From: an uncultured Candidatus Rokubacteria bacterium | Lineage (GTDB): Bacteria > Methylomirabilota > Methylomirabilia > Rokubacteriales > DASRDR01 | Assembly: GCA_963708025.1 (NCBI GenBank) | Contig: CAVPSB010000003.1 | Span: forward strand, 1-64,000 | Length of the DNA stretch: 64,000 bases | Direction: 5' to 3' | Part shown: positions 30,401 through 38,655 of the stretch, piece by piece | Position numbering within the stretch: position 1 is the stretch's first letter | Layout of the letters: the number at the start of each line of letters is the position of its first letter | Translations under genes and position numbers: made by a program | The notes under the pieces: generated by a model | What the model was told of the DNA's origin: nothing | The model's database searches: none | What the model saw: the letters and a program-made list of their open reading frames with translations, nothing else

Positions 30401-31133
30401 GCTGGCAATCGTGCTGGGCGCCGTGGCCGGGCTGGCCGACTTCCTCGGCGGCGCCCTCGTCACCGCGCGCCGCCAGTGGAACCGGACGTTCCTCCAGTAC
30501 TTCCTGGCCCTCGGCGCCGGGTTCATGCTCGCCGTCGCCTTCCTGCGCATGGTCCCCGAGAGCCTGGAGAAGGTCTCGCATCCCTATCTCTACGTCCTCA
30601 TCGGATACTTCGCGGTGCACCTCACCGAGCACACGCTCACGCCGCACTTCCACTTCGGCGAGGAGGTCCACGCCGAGGCCCTGGTCCACCCGGCGGTCGG
30701 GTACCTCGGGCTGGCTGGCCTCGCGATCCATACGTTCTTCGACGGGGTCGCCATCGCCTCGGGCTTCCTCATCAGCCGGCCCCTCGGGGTCGTGCTCTTC
30801 CTCGCCGTCCTGCTCCACAAGCTGCCGGAGGGGTTCGCGGTCGGCTCGCTCATGCTGGCCTCCGGCGGCTCCCGCCGCACGGCGCTGGTGGCGGCGGGGT
30901 TGCTCGGGCTGGCGACCGTCGCCGGCGTGCTTCTCATGCGGGCGTTCACTGGAGTGGTCGGCGAGGCGCTGGCGGTCTCCGCCGGGGTCACGATCTACGT
31001 GGCCGCCTCCGACCTGATCCCCGAAGTCAACAAGGAGCGGAGCTGGGGGGTGGCGCTGGCCGTGTTCGGGGGCCTCGTGCTGTTCTGGGCCGCCGAATCG
31101 GCGCTGGAGATGGCCGGTCTGCACACCCACTGA
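30387..31133 (+). CDS. ZIP-family metal transporter
   Basis: GAGFML, His-rich loop HFHFGEEVH, HTFFDG, HKLPEG, SDLIPE. Confidence 0.92.
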   Translation: MSGFELAIVLGAVAGLADFLGGALVTARRQWNRTFLQYFLALGAGFMLAVAFLRMVPESLEKVSHPYLYVLIGYFAVHLTEHTLTPHFHFGEEVHAEALVHPAVGYLGLAGLAIHTFFDGVAIASGFLISRPLGVVLFLAVLLHKLPEGFAVGSLMLASGGSRRTALVAAGLLGLATVAGVLLMRAFTGVVGEALAVSAGVTIYVAASDLIPEVNKERSWGVALAVFGGLVLFWAAESALEMAGLHTH

Positions 31134-31229
31134 GAATCGTCGAAGCCCACCTCGTACCCTGGCGGGAGGACTTTCGCGACTGACCGCCCGCGCGTGGAGG
31201 CCGGCGAGGCCCGATCCGCCCGGGGACTT

Positions 31230-31238
31230 TGCTACACT
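31230..31238 (+). promoter_or_regulatory. Putative extended -10 promoter for aroQ
   Basis: TGcTACACT. Confidence 0.45.
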
Positions 31239-31302
31239 CTGCAGACGTCGTGAGTGGTAGAGCGTCCGGAGGTGCGTGGCTGATCGGAGGGAAGGAGGCA
31301 CG

Positions 31303-31746
31303 ATGCCGGCCATCCTGGTGCTCCACGGCCCGAACCTGAACCTGCTCGGTCAGCGCGAGCCCGGGGTGTACGGCCAGGTCACGCTGGCTGAGGTCGATGC
31401 GGCGATCGTCCAGCACGGGGCGGCTCGTGGCGCCAAGGTCGAGTGCCGCCAGTCCAACCACGAAGGCGTGCTGGTCGAGGCGATCCAGCAGGCCGCCGGG
31501 CAGGGCTTCGCCGGGGTCGTCCTGAACCCCGGCGCCTTCACTCACTACTCCTACGCCCTTCGCGACGCGATCGCCGGCGTCTCCATCCCGGTGGTCGAGG
31601 TGCACCTGTCCAACCTTTACGCCCGTGAGCCTTTCCGTCACCGGTCGGTGACGGCCGCCGTCTGCCGCGGTCAGATCTCGGGATTCGGTCCCCAGAGCTA
31701 CCTCCTTGGCCTGGACGCCCTGTTGGCTGGCCTCGCCCGGGGCTGA
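31303..31746 (+). CDS. aroQ: Type II 3-dehydroquinate dehydratase
   Basis: [45 protein letters not shown]. Confidence 0.97.
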   Translation: MPAILVLHGPNLNLLGQREPGVYGQVTLAEVDAAIVQHGAARGAKVECRQSNHEGVLVEAIQQAAGQGFAGVVLNPGAFTHYSYALRDAIAGVSIPVVEVHLSNLYAREPFRHRSVTAAVCRGQISGFGPQSYLLGLDALLAGLARG

Positions 31747-31862
31747 ATGGCCGCGCCCCGGCGGTGGTCTGAGGAGAAAAGGGCGCGGGTCGGCGCGATG
31801 GTCGTGGTCCGTCCGCGCCCGGGGGCCGCGCGGCGAAGGTGGGACGAGGGCCGGCGCGGTCC

Positions 31863-33020
31863 GTGAGCGAAGAAGACCGCGAGGTCGTCCGCCGGGTCCA
31901 GGCGGGTGAGACCGAAGCCTTCGAGGTGCTCGTCGAGAAGTACAAGCGGAAGACGTTCCGGCTCGCCTACGGGGTGCTGCGGGACCAGGAGGAGGCGTTG
32001 GACGTGTCCCAGGAGGCCTTCGTGAAGGCGTTCCGGTCGCTGCCGAAGTTCAAGGGGGAGTCCGCCTTCTACACCTGGCTCTTTCGCATCACGATGAACG
32101 TCGCTCTCGACCGGAAGCGCCAACGCACCTCCCGCGCCAGGTCGCTCGGCACCGAGGACGTGCCACCGGAGGAGTGGGAGCGCACCGCGGTGGCTACCGA
32201 CATCAGCCCGGACGACGAGGCGGCCTCGGCCGAGCGGCGGGCGCGGATCGGGCACGCCCTCGAATCCTTGCCAGAGCACCACCGGTCCATTATCATCTTG
32301 AGTGACATCGAAGGGCTTTCCTACCGGGAGATCGCGGAGGTGCTCGCCATCCCCATGGGGACGGTGATGTCACGACTGCACAACGCACGGAAGCGGCTCC
32401 GCGAGGCTCTGGGTCCCGCCTTTCTCGGCCTTCTGCTCGGCGTCCTCCTGATCGCGGGCCTCGGCTGGCCGACGCAGGCGCAGGTGCCGCTGCCGCCGCC
32501 CCCGCCCGGGCCGGCTCCCGCGGGACCGGTTTGCGTGTACGCGCTCGTGCTCCTGGCCTCGAACCCGCCGCCGCCGGGCAGCGTGCTCACCCCGACGCCG
32601 CCGCTGCGGCCCCCGGGATCCCAGGGCGCGCCGCCCGGCCCGGCCGCGCCGCCGGCCCCCGACGACTGGGGCGAGTCTCCGGTGCTCGGCGGCGGGTGCG
32701 GGCGGGCGGTCCGCCTCCAGCCGTGGATGCCGCGGCTGCGGGAGGTGTTCGGCTACTCGAGCTACGAGCCGATAAGCGCCTTCGAGACCACCATGCCGCT
32801 CGGCACGCTCCAGCGCTTCGCCCTGCCCGGAGGCCGCGAGCTCCAGATCCAGCCCTTGGCCATCCGGGTCCCGGTGGTCCGCATCGCCGTGAGGATCCTC
32901 CGGGGCCCCATGATCGAGATCGCCACCGTGATGGACGTGCCCCCGCGACGGCCCGCGCTGATCGGCGGGCCGCCCCACGGGACCGGGGTGCTGATCATCG
33001 CGATCCGAGCCCGGCCCTAA
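31863..33020 (+). CDS. ECF sigma factor fused in frame to TM/signal segment + Pro-rich linker + C-terminal domain
   Basis: Region 2 (DVSQEAF, FYTWLFRI), region 4 (GLSYREIAEVL, GTVMSRLH), then AFLGLLLGVLLIAGLGW-PTQAQ with no stop. Confidence 0.85.
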   Translation: MSEEDREVVRRVQAGETEAFEVLVEKYKRKTFRLAYGVLRDQEEALDVSQEAFVKAFRSLPKFKGESAFYTWLFRITMNVALDRKRQRTSRARSLGTEDVPPEEWERTAVATDISPDDEAASAERRARIGHALESLPEHHRSIIILSDIEGLSYREIAEVLAIPMGTVMSRLHNARKRLREALGPAFLGLLLGVLLIAGLGWPTQAQVPLPPPPPGPAPAGPVCVYALVLLASNPPPPGSVLTPTPPLRPPGSQGAPPGPAAPPAPDDWGESPVLGGGCGRAVRLQPWMPRLREVFGYSSYEPISAFETTMPLGTLQRFALPGGRELQIQPLAIRVPVVRIAVRILRGPMIEIATVMDVPPRRPALIGGPPHGTGVLIIAIRARP

Positions 33021-33025
33021 GAACA

Positions 33026-33053
33026 TCGGGGGGGTCTCGGAAGACCCCCCCGA
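33026..33053. repeat. Hairpin repeat family D, copy 2
   Basis: tcgggggggtct-cgga-agacccccccga, 5 nt after the stop codon. Confidence 0.7.
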
Positions 33054-33178
33054 GGCCCCCCCTCGGAGGCCGCGGCTGAGCCGCGGCTCGGAGCGGAACT
33101 CCCTGGCGGCGAGGCCATTGGTCAGCGCGTTGCGAGAATCCAGAGGATCCGGACCGGAACGTCGACAAGAGGAGAGAT

Positions 33179-34093
33179 ATGGCGGAGCGAGCCGTGCCCG
33201 ATCGGCAGGAGGTCCTGTCGTACCTGCGCGAGCGACGGAACTGGGGGCGGTGGGGCGCCGATGACGAGGTCGGCGCGGTCAACCTGATCAGCGCGCGGAA
33301 GCGGGCGGCGGCGGCCGGCCTCGTCCGCAGCGGCCGCGCCGTGTCGCTGAGCCGGGATCTCCCCAAGACGCCCGGTCCCGGCAATCCCACCCCCGCCCAG
33401 CACTTCATGAAGACCATGCCGCGGGGCACGGGCGGCTTCGCCGCCGATTTCTACGGCACCTACTATCACGGCTGGTCCTTCACCCACCTCGACGCCCTCT
33501 GCCACACCTGGGACGAGCAAGGGATGTGGAACGGCCGGGATCCGGCGCGGGAGATCACCTTCGACGGGGCGACGTTCGGCGGGGTCGAGCACTGGCGGCA
33601 CGGGATCATCACGCGGGGTGTGCTGCTCGACGTCCCCCGCCACCGTGGCGAGCCGTACGTCCGGCAGGAGCGGCCGGTCCACGGCTGGGAGCTCACGGAG
33701 ATCGCGAAGGCCCAGGGCCTCGTGATCGAGCCGGGGGACGCCGTGGCCGTCCACAGCGGGCGCGAGGCCTGGCAGGCGGCGCATCCCGATCGCGCCTACG
33801 GCCCCGAGCCACGCCCAGGCCTCCACGTCTCGTGCCTGCCCTTCCTGCGCGACCACGACGTGGCGGTCCTCGTCTGGGACATGATGGACCTGGTGCCGAA
33901 CGGCTACGACCTCCCGTGGGCGGTGCACGGGGCGATCTTCGCCTACGGGGTGGCGCTCCTCGACAACGCGCTGCTGGAGCCGCTGGCCCGCGCCTGCGCC
34001 GAGGAGCGCCGCTGGGAGTTCATGCTGGTCATCGCTCCGCTTCCCGTCGTCGGGGGAACGGGCTCGCCCGCGAATCCGCTCGCGCTCTTCTGA
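33179..34093 (+). CDS. Cyclase-family (kynurenine formamidase-like) metal-dependent hydrolase
   Basis: NWGRWGADDEVG, H...THLDALCH, RGVLLD, GGTGSPANP. Confidence 0.88.
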   Translation: MAERAVPDRQEVLSYLRERRNWGRWGADDEVGAVNLISARKRAAAAGLVRSGRAVSLSRDLPKTPGPGNPTPAQHFMKTMPRGTGGFAADFYGTYYHGWSFTHLDALCHTWDEQGMWNGRDPAREITFDGATFGGVEHWRHGIITRGVLLDVPRHRGEPYVRQERPVHGWELTEIAKAQGLVIEPGDAVAVHSGREAWQAAHPDRAYGPEPRPGLHVSCLPFLRDHDVAVLVWDMMDLVPNGYDLPWAVHGAIFAYGVALLDNALLEPLARACAEERRWEFMLVIAPLPVVGGTGSPANPLALF

Positions 34094-34143
34094 GCGCCTC
34101 CAGGGGGCCGCGCGTCTTTTCGGCGTCGGGCGCGTCTGCTACC

Positions 34144-35676
34144 ATGGCCGCCGTGAGCGAAGAGCACCTCCTTCGCGAGATCGCCCGCATCCAGCAGGGG
34201 AACCCGCGGTACCGGGAGAAGCTCCGCGAGGAGGGGAAGCTCTTTGTCCGCGATCGCCTGAAGCTCCTGCTCGACCCGGGGACCGATTTCCAGGAGGACT
34301 GGATCCTGGCGCGTTCCCAGGAGCCGGAGACGCCGGCCGATGGCGTGGTGACCGGCATCGGGACCGTGCGGGGCCGGCCCGTCTGCATCATGGCCAACGA
34401 CTACACGGTCAAGGCCGGCTCCTGGGGCGAGAAGACCGTGCAGAAGATCGTGCGGATCCAGGAGAAGGCGGCCCGGCTCCAGATCCCCCTCCTCTACCTG
34501 GTGGACGCCGCCGGCGGTCGCATCTCCGAGCAGGTCCGGATCTTTCCCGGGCGGTACCACGCCGGTCGGATCTTCTACAACGAGGTCCAGCTCTCGGGCG
34601 TGGTGCCGCAGCTTTGCCTCCTGTTCGGCCCGTCGCCGGCGGGCTCGGCGTATCTGCCGGCGCTCACCGACGTGGTGATCATGGTGGACGGCAAGGCGTC
34701 GATGTACGTCGGCTCGCCGCGCATGGTCGAGATGGCCATCGGCGAGAAGATCGACCAGGAGACCCTGGGTGGGGCCCGCATGCACTGCGAGGTCTCGGGC
34801 TGCGGGGACGTCCTGGTCGGCTCCGACGAGGAGGCGATCGAGACGGCCAAGCGCTATCTCGCGTACATGCCGCAAAGCCACCGCGGGCGGGTTCCTCCGA
34901 TCGAGGCGATCGAGCCCCGGCCCGGCCGGCCGATCGACGAGATCGTCCCGCACGACCAGCGCAAGTACTTCGACATGTACGAGCTGATCGATCGGGTGAT
35001 CGACGCCGGCTCGTGGCTGGAGCTCAAGTCGCTCTTCGCTCGCGAGATCATCACCGGCTTCGCCCGGCTCGGCGGCCGCGCGGTCGGCATCGTCGCCAAC
35101 CAGCCGAAGGTCAAGGGCGGAGTCCTCTTCGTCGACTCGTCGGACAAGGCCGCGCGCTTCATCTGGCTCTGCAGCGCTTACAACGTGCCGCTCGTCTACC
35201 TGGCCGATGTCTCGGGATTCATGGTCGGGAGCAAGGTCGAGCGGGCCGGGATCATCCGCCACGGCGCCAAGATGATCTTCGCCACCGCCCAGGCCACGGT
35301 GCCGAAGATCTCGGTCATCGTGCGGAAGTGCTACGGGGCCGGCCTCTACGCGATGTGCGGGCAGGCCTTCGAGCCGGACGCCGTGCTGGCGTTGCCCCAG
35401 GGTCAGATCGCGATCATGGGCCCCGAGCCGGCGGTGAATGCCGTGTACTACAACCGGATCATGGAGCTGGAGGGCGAGGCGCGGGCCGAGTTCGTGCGCC
35501 AGAAGCGCGAGGAATACCAGCGGGACATCGACGTCTACCGGCTGGCCTCCGAGATGCTGGTGGACGACGTGGTGCCGGCGTCCCAGCTCCGGGCCGAGCT
35601 GATCAAGCGGCTCGCGTATGCCGAGACGAAGGAACATCGGTTCCCGCCCCGCCGGAACGGGATCTCCCCCGTCTGA
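34144..35676 (+). CDS. Acyl-CoA carboxylase carboxyltransferase (beta) subunit (possible true start GTG 34153)
   Basis: DGVVTG, NDYTVKAGSWG, DAAGGRI, LGGARMHC, ANQP, GFMVG, RKCYGAG. Confidence 0.93.
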   Translation: MAAVSEEHLLREIARIQQGNPRYREKLREEGKLFVRDRLKLLLDPGTDFQEDWILARSQEPETPADGVVTGIGTVRGRPVCIMANDYTVKAGSWGEKTVQKIVRIQEKAARLQIPLLYLVDAAGGRISEQVRIFPGRYHAGRIFYNEVQLSGVVPQLCLLFGPSPAGSAYLPALTDVVIMVDGKASMYVGSPRMVEMAIGEKIDQETLGGARMHCEVSGCGDVLVGSDEEAIETAKRYLAYMPQSHRGRVPPIEAIEPRPGRPIDEIVPHDQRKYFDMYELIDRVIDAGSWLELKSLFAREIITGFARLGGRAVGIVANQPKVKGGVLFVDSSDKAARFIWLCSAYNVPLVYLADVSGFMVGSKVERAGIIRHGAKMIFATAQATVPKISVIVRKCYGAGLYAMCGQAFEPDAVLALPQGQIAIMGPEPAVNAVYYNRIMELEGEARAEFVRQKREEYQRDIDVYRLASEMLVDDVVPASQLRAELIKRLAYAETKEHRFPPRRNGISPV

Positions 35677-35701
35677 GTCGGTCGGACGCGTAGGCTCGAC
35701 C

Positions 35702-36445
35702 ATGCGCGAGCTGCTGGTGGCCTGTCGCTACCTGACGGTGCTGCCGCTGCCCTCGAGCCAGACGGCGGGCGATCTCGGGCAGGCCGCCGGGTGGTTCCCG
35801 CTCGTCGGCGCGATCCTGGGTGGCATCCTCGCGGTCTGGGACGTCGCCCTCGGCCGCCTGATGCCGCCGCTCCTGGGCGCGGTGACCGTGATCGGTCTCT
35901 GGGCTCTGCTGACCGGAGGGCTTCACCTCGACGGGCTCGCCGACGCCGCGGACGGCCTGGGCGGCGGCTTCAGCCGCGACGAGGCCCTGGCCATCATGCG
36001 GGACGCCCGGATCGGAGCCTACGGCGTGACCGCGATCGTGCTGGTGCTGGGCCTCAAGTGGGCCGCGCTGTCGGGTCTCCCGCCGAACCTGAGCTGGCGC
36101 GCGGTCGGAATGGCGGCGGTCCTCGGCCGCCTGGGGCCCCTCCTGCTCGCCCGGCTCTGCCCGCCGGCGCGCGGCGACGGCGCCGGCCACGCGTTCGCCT
36201 CGAGGGTCGGGAACCGCGGCGTGGCGGGGGGCAGCCTGGTCGCGCTGGTAGTCGCGCTGGGACTGCTCGGCCCATGGGGGGCAGTGCCGCTGGCGGTGAC
36301 CGTGACCGCAGCGGTGGGCTCCGCAGCGTACCTCTCCCGGCGACTCGGCGGGCTCACCGGCGACTGCCTGGGCGCCCTCGTCGAGGTGACCGAGGCGCTC
36401 TGCCTGGTCGCGGGGGCCGTGCTGGCCCACCGGGGACTCCTCTGA
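35702..36445 (+). CDS. cobS: Adenosylcobinamide-GDP ribazoletransferase
   Basis: LTGGLHLDGLADAADG, MRDARIGAYG, GGLTGDCLGA. Confidence 0.95.
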   Translation: MRELLVACRYLTVLPLPSSQTAGDLGQAAGWFPLVGAILGGILAVWDVALGRLMPPLLGAVTVIGLWALLTGGLHLDGLADAADGLGGGFSRDEALAIMRDARIGAYGVTAIVLVLGLKWAALSGLPPNLSWRAVGMAAVLGRLGPLLLARLCPPARGDGAGHAFASRVGNRGVAGGSLVALVVALGLLGPWGAVPLAVTVTAAVGSAAYLSRRLGGLTGDCLGALVEVTEALCLVAGAVLAHRGLL

Positions 36446-36450
36446 TCCGA

Positions 36451-36540
36451 TCGGGACCTCCCACCTACCCCCCAACCCCCCTCCCCCACCGTTGGACGGC
36501 CTTCGGCCTGTGGCTGGGGGGAGGGGGGAGCCGGAGGATC
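36451..36540 (-). repeat. Repeat family A copy (inverted), overlapping the cobC start
   Basis: Reverse complement reads tcctccggctccccc...ggccgaaggcc...gtgggggagggggg...gggaggtcccga, as at 42936, 45041 and 61050. Confidence 0.85.
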
Positions 36541-37211
36541 GCATTCCTCCACCCATCGGCTCTCGAGTCTCGACCTGGCTCTACCTGATCCGTCACGGTG
36601 AGATCGAGCACGCCGCCGAGGGCCGGTTCTTCGGCCACACCGATGTGAGCCTCTCGGCGACCGGCCTCGCCCAGGTCGAGGCCCTCGGCCGCCAGCTCGC
36701 GCTCGAGCCGATCGACGCGGTCTACACCAGCGACCTCACTCGCGCCCGGCAATCCGCGGGCCCGCTGGCCGGCGCCCGCGGCCTGATGCCGGTCGTCGTC
36801 CCGGCACTCCGGGAGATGGCGATGGGCCGGTGGGAAGGCCTTACCTTTCGCGAGATCCGGGAGCAGGAGCCGGACGCGCTCGCCCAGTGGCTCGCCAACC
36901 TCACGACGTTTCCGTTTCCGGGTGGCGAGAACCTCGAGGGCCTCCGGACCCGCGTGATGCCGGCGCTCGGCGAGATCCTGGCCCGCCACGCCGGGGGCCG
37001 TGTCGCCGTGGTTGCGCATGGCGGCCCGAACCGCGTCATCCTGGCGGAAGCGCTCGGCCTGCCGCTGGGCCACCTGCTCCGGCTGGCGCAGGACTACGCG
37101 TGCTGGAGCGTCGTCGAGTATCGGACCGACGTCGCGGTCCTCCACACGCTGAACCAGCGCGTGGCCGGTATCGCCGCCGCGGCGCCGGTCGAGCGCACCG
37201 CTGCGCCCTGA
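36492..37211 (+). CDS. cobC: Alpha-ribazole-5'-phosphate phosphatase (histidine phosphatase); start uncertain, lies inside repeat
   Basis: LIRHGE, YTSDLTRA, LREMAMGRWEG, VAHGG; follows cobS. Confidence 0.85.
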   Translation: MDGLRPVAGGRGEPEDRIPPPIGSRVSTWLYLIRHGEIEHAAEGRFFGHTDVSLSATGLAQVEALGRQLALEPIDAVYTSDLTRARQSAGPLAGARGLMPVVVPALREMAMGRWEGLTFREIREQEPDALAQWLANLTTFPFPGGENLEGLRTRVMPALGEILARHAGGRVAVVAHGGPNRVILAEALGLPLGHLLRLAQDYACWSVVEYRTDVAVLHTLNQRVAGIAAAAPVERTAAP

Positions 37212-37313
37212 GCGGAACGCCACGGCCGCGCGGCCGGCGCCAGGGGGCTGCGAGAAGCCGGTGGGCGGTCGGACTGGGAGCCGCCGGTATTTCTCTACGG
37301 GCCCTGAGCCGCG

Positions 37314-37448
37314 CTACAGGAGTCGCGCCAGCACTTCGGCGGGAACCCGAGCGCGCAGCGCGGGGTCTGCTTCGAGCAGCCGGGCGATGTCGGCGAGGTC
37401 TTGCTGAGGCTTGCTGGGACGCTGGGTCGCGTCCATCACGGCCCACAG
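37314..37448 (-). pseudogene. C-terminal remnant resembling a nucleotidyltransferase (AbiEii-like) protein
   Basis: Translates LWAVMDATQRPSKPQQDLADIARLLEADPALRARVPAEVLARLL*; resembles from memory the R-x-SK-xx-KD-x-ADI-x-RL tail; the upstream frame is unrelated. Confidence 0.5.
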
Positions 37449-37554
37449 CCGTCGCCCGCATGAGTTGGAGCCCTTCGCGTGCGACGATCACAACAGGCAG
37501 GGGAGTCGGCGATCCTGGATTTCGCCATTCGCGCAACGTAAAATGACGGGGCTC

Positions 37555-37953
37555 ATGGCTGATCGAGAAGGCGCCCCGACCGAGGAATCTGTCCGGCTGG
37601 ACCGCTGGCTGTGGGCGGCGCGCTTCTACAAGACGCGGAGCCTGGCCCACGCCGCTTGCGAGGGCGGCAAGGTTGACGTCAACGGCCAGGCGGCGAAGCC
37701 CTCCCGGTCGATCCGGACCGGGGACCGGCTGCGCGTGACCCTTGGCGAGTGGCGGCGCGAGCTGGTCGTCCGGGCCCTCGGCGAGCGGCGCGGGCCCGCG
37801 CCCGAGGCCCGGACCCTCTACGAGGATCTCTCGCCCCCGCCGCCTCCCCGGGCGCGGCGCCCGCCCCCGGCGGTGCTGCGGACCACCGGGCTCGGCCGAC
37901 CGACGAAGCGCGAGCGCCGGCTGCTCGACCGCGTGCGCGGGGGAGGGGAGTAG
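37555..37953 (+). CDS. hslR: RNA-binding S4 protein / ribosome-associated heat shock protein Hsp15
   Basis: VRLDRWLWAARFYKTRSLA, GRPTKRERR. Confidence 0.93.
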   Translation: MADREGAPTEESVRLDRWLWAARFYKTRSLAHAACEGGKVDVNGQAAKPSRSIRTGDRLRVTLGEWRRELVVRALGERRGPAPEARTLYEDLSPPPPPRARRPPPAVLRTTGLGRPTKRERRLLDRVRGGGE

Positions 37954-37956
37954 CTC

Positions 37957-38490
37957 GTGCGCACCGCGACGCTCGTCATCGGGCTCACGTCGGGGCTGGT
38001 CCTTCTCGTCGTCGGCTTTCTCCTGCTGGGACGTCCGGTCCCGGCGGTCCCGGCGAGCGACGGTGCCGACGTCTCCGGCCTGCCGGTGCTGAACGCGGTC
38101 CTCAACGGCACCAGCGCGGTCCTGCTGACCGCCGGCTTCGTCTTCATCCGGCGGCGGAACGTCGCCGCCCACCGGGCGTGCATGCTGGCCGCCTTCGGGG
38201 TGTCGGCCCTCTTCCTGATCTCGTACGTCGTCTACCACGCCCAGTCGGGCTCGGTACCGTTCCAGGGCCGGGGCCTCGTCCGGCCGATCTACTTCACGCT
38301 GCTCCTCTCCCACATCGTACTGGCGGCGACCGTCGTGCCGCTCGCGCTGACCACGATCCATCGGGCGTGGACCGAGCGCTTCGATCGCCACCGGCGCATC
38401 GCGCGTTTCGCGCTTCCCATCTGGCTCTACGTCTCGATCACCGGGGTCGTGATCTACTGGATGCTGTACCATCTCGTGCCGGCTCGCTGA
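37957..38490 (+). CDS. DUF420-family membrane protein
   Basis: LPVLNAVLNG, HRACM, FLISYVVYH, HRRIAR..PIWLYVSITGV. Confidence 0.88.
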   Translation: MRTATLVIGLTSGLVLLVVGFLLLGRPVPAVPASDGADVSGLPVLNAVLNGTSAVLLTAGFVFIRRRNVAAHRACMLAAFGVSALFLISYVVYHAQSGSVPFQGRGLVRPIYFTLLLSHIVLAATVVPLALTTIHRAWTERFDRHRRIARFALPIWLYVSITGVVIYWMLYHLVPAR

Positions 38491-38573
38491 GAGGCGCTGA
38501 GGCTGTGAAGCGATCGCCGAGGACGTGTGAGCTACCGGAGCTCCGGAGGGGGGGACCGGGCCGCCGGAGGGAC

Positions 38574-38608
38574 GCGGCGTCCCGAGGGCCGCAGGCCCGA
38601 GGCGCCGC
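38574..38608. repeat. Repeat family B copy upstream of ileS
   Basis: gcggcgtcccga-gggcc-gca-ggccc-gaggcgccgc, inside a larger G7/C7 stem (38543-38642). Confidence 0.8.
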
Positions 38609-38655
38609 GGCGATAGAGATGGAGCGCGCAGCTCCCCCCCGGCCCGACTGAGAGC

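Noticed and set aside
38491-38655. Possible T-box riboswitch upstream of ileS
   Set aside because: No GGTGGNACC T-box sequence found; the structure is explained by repeat family B.
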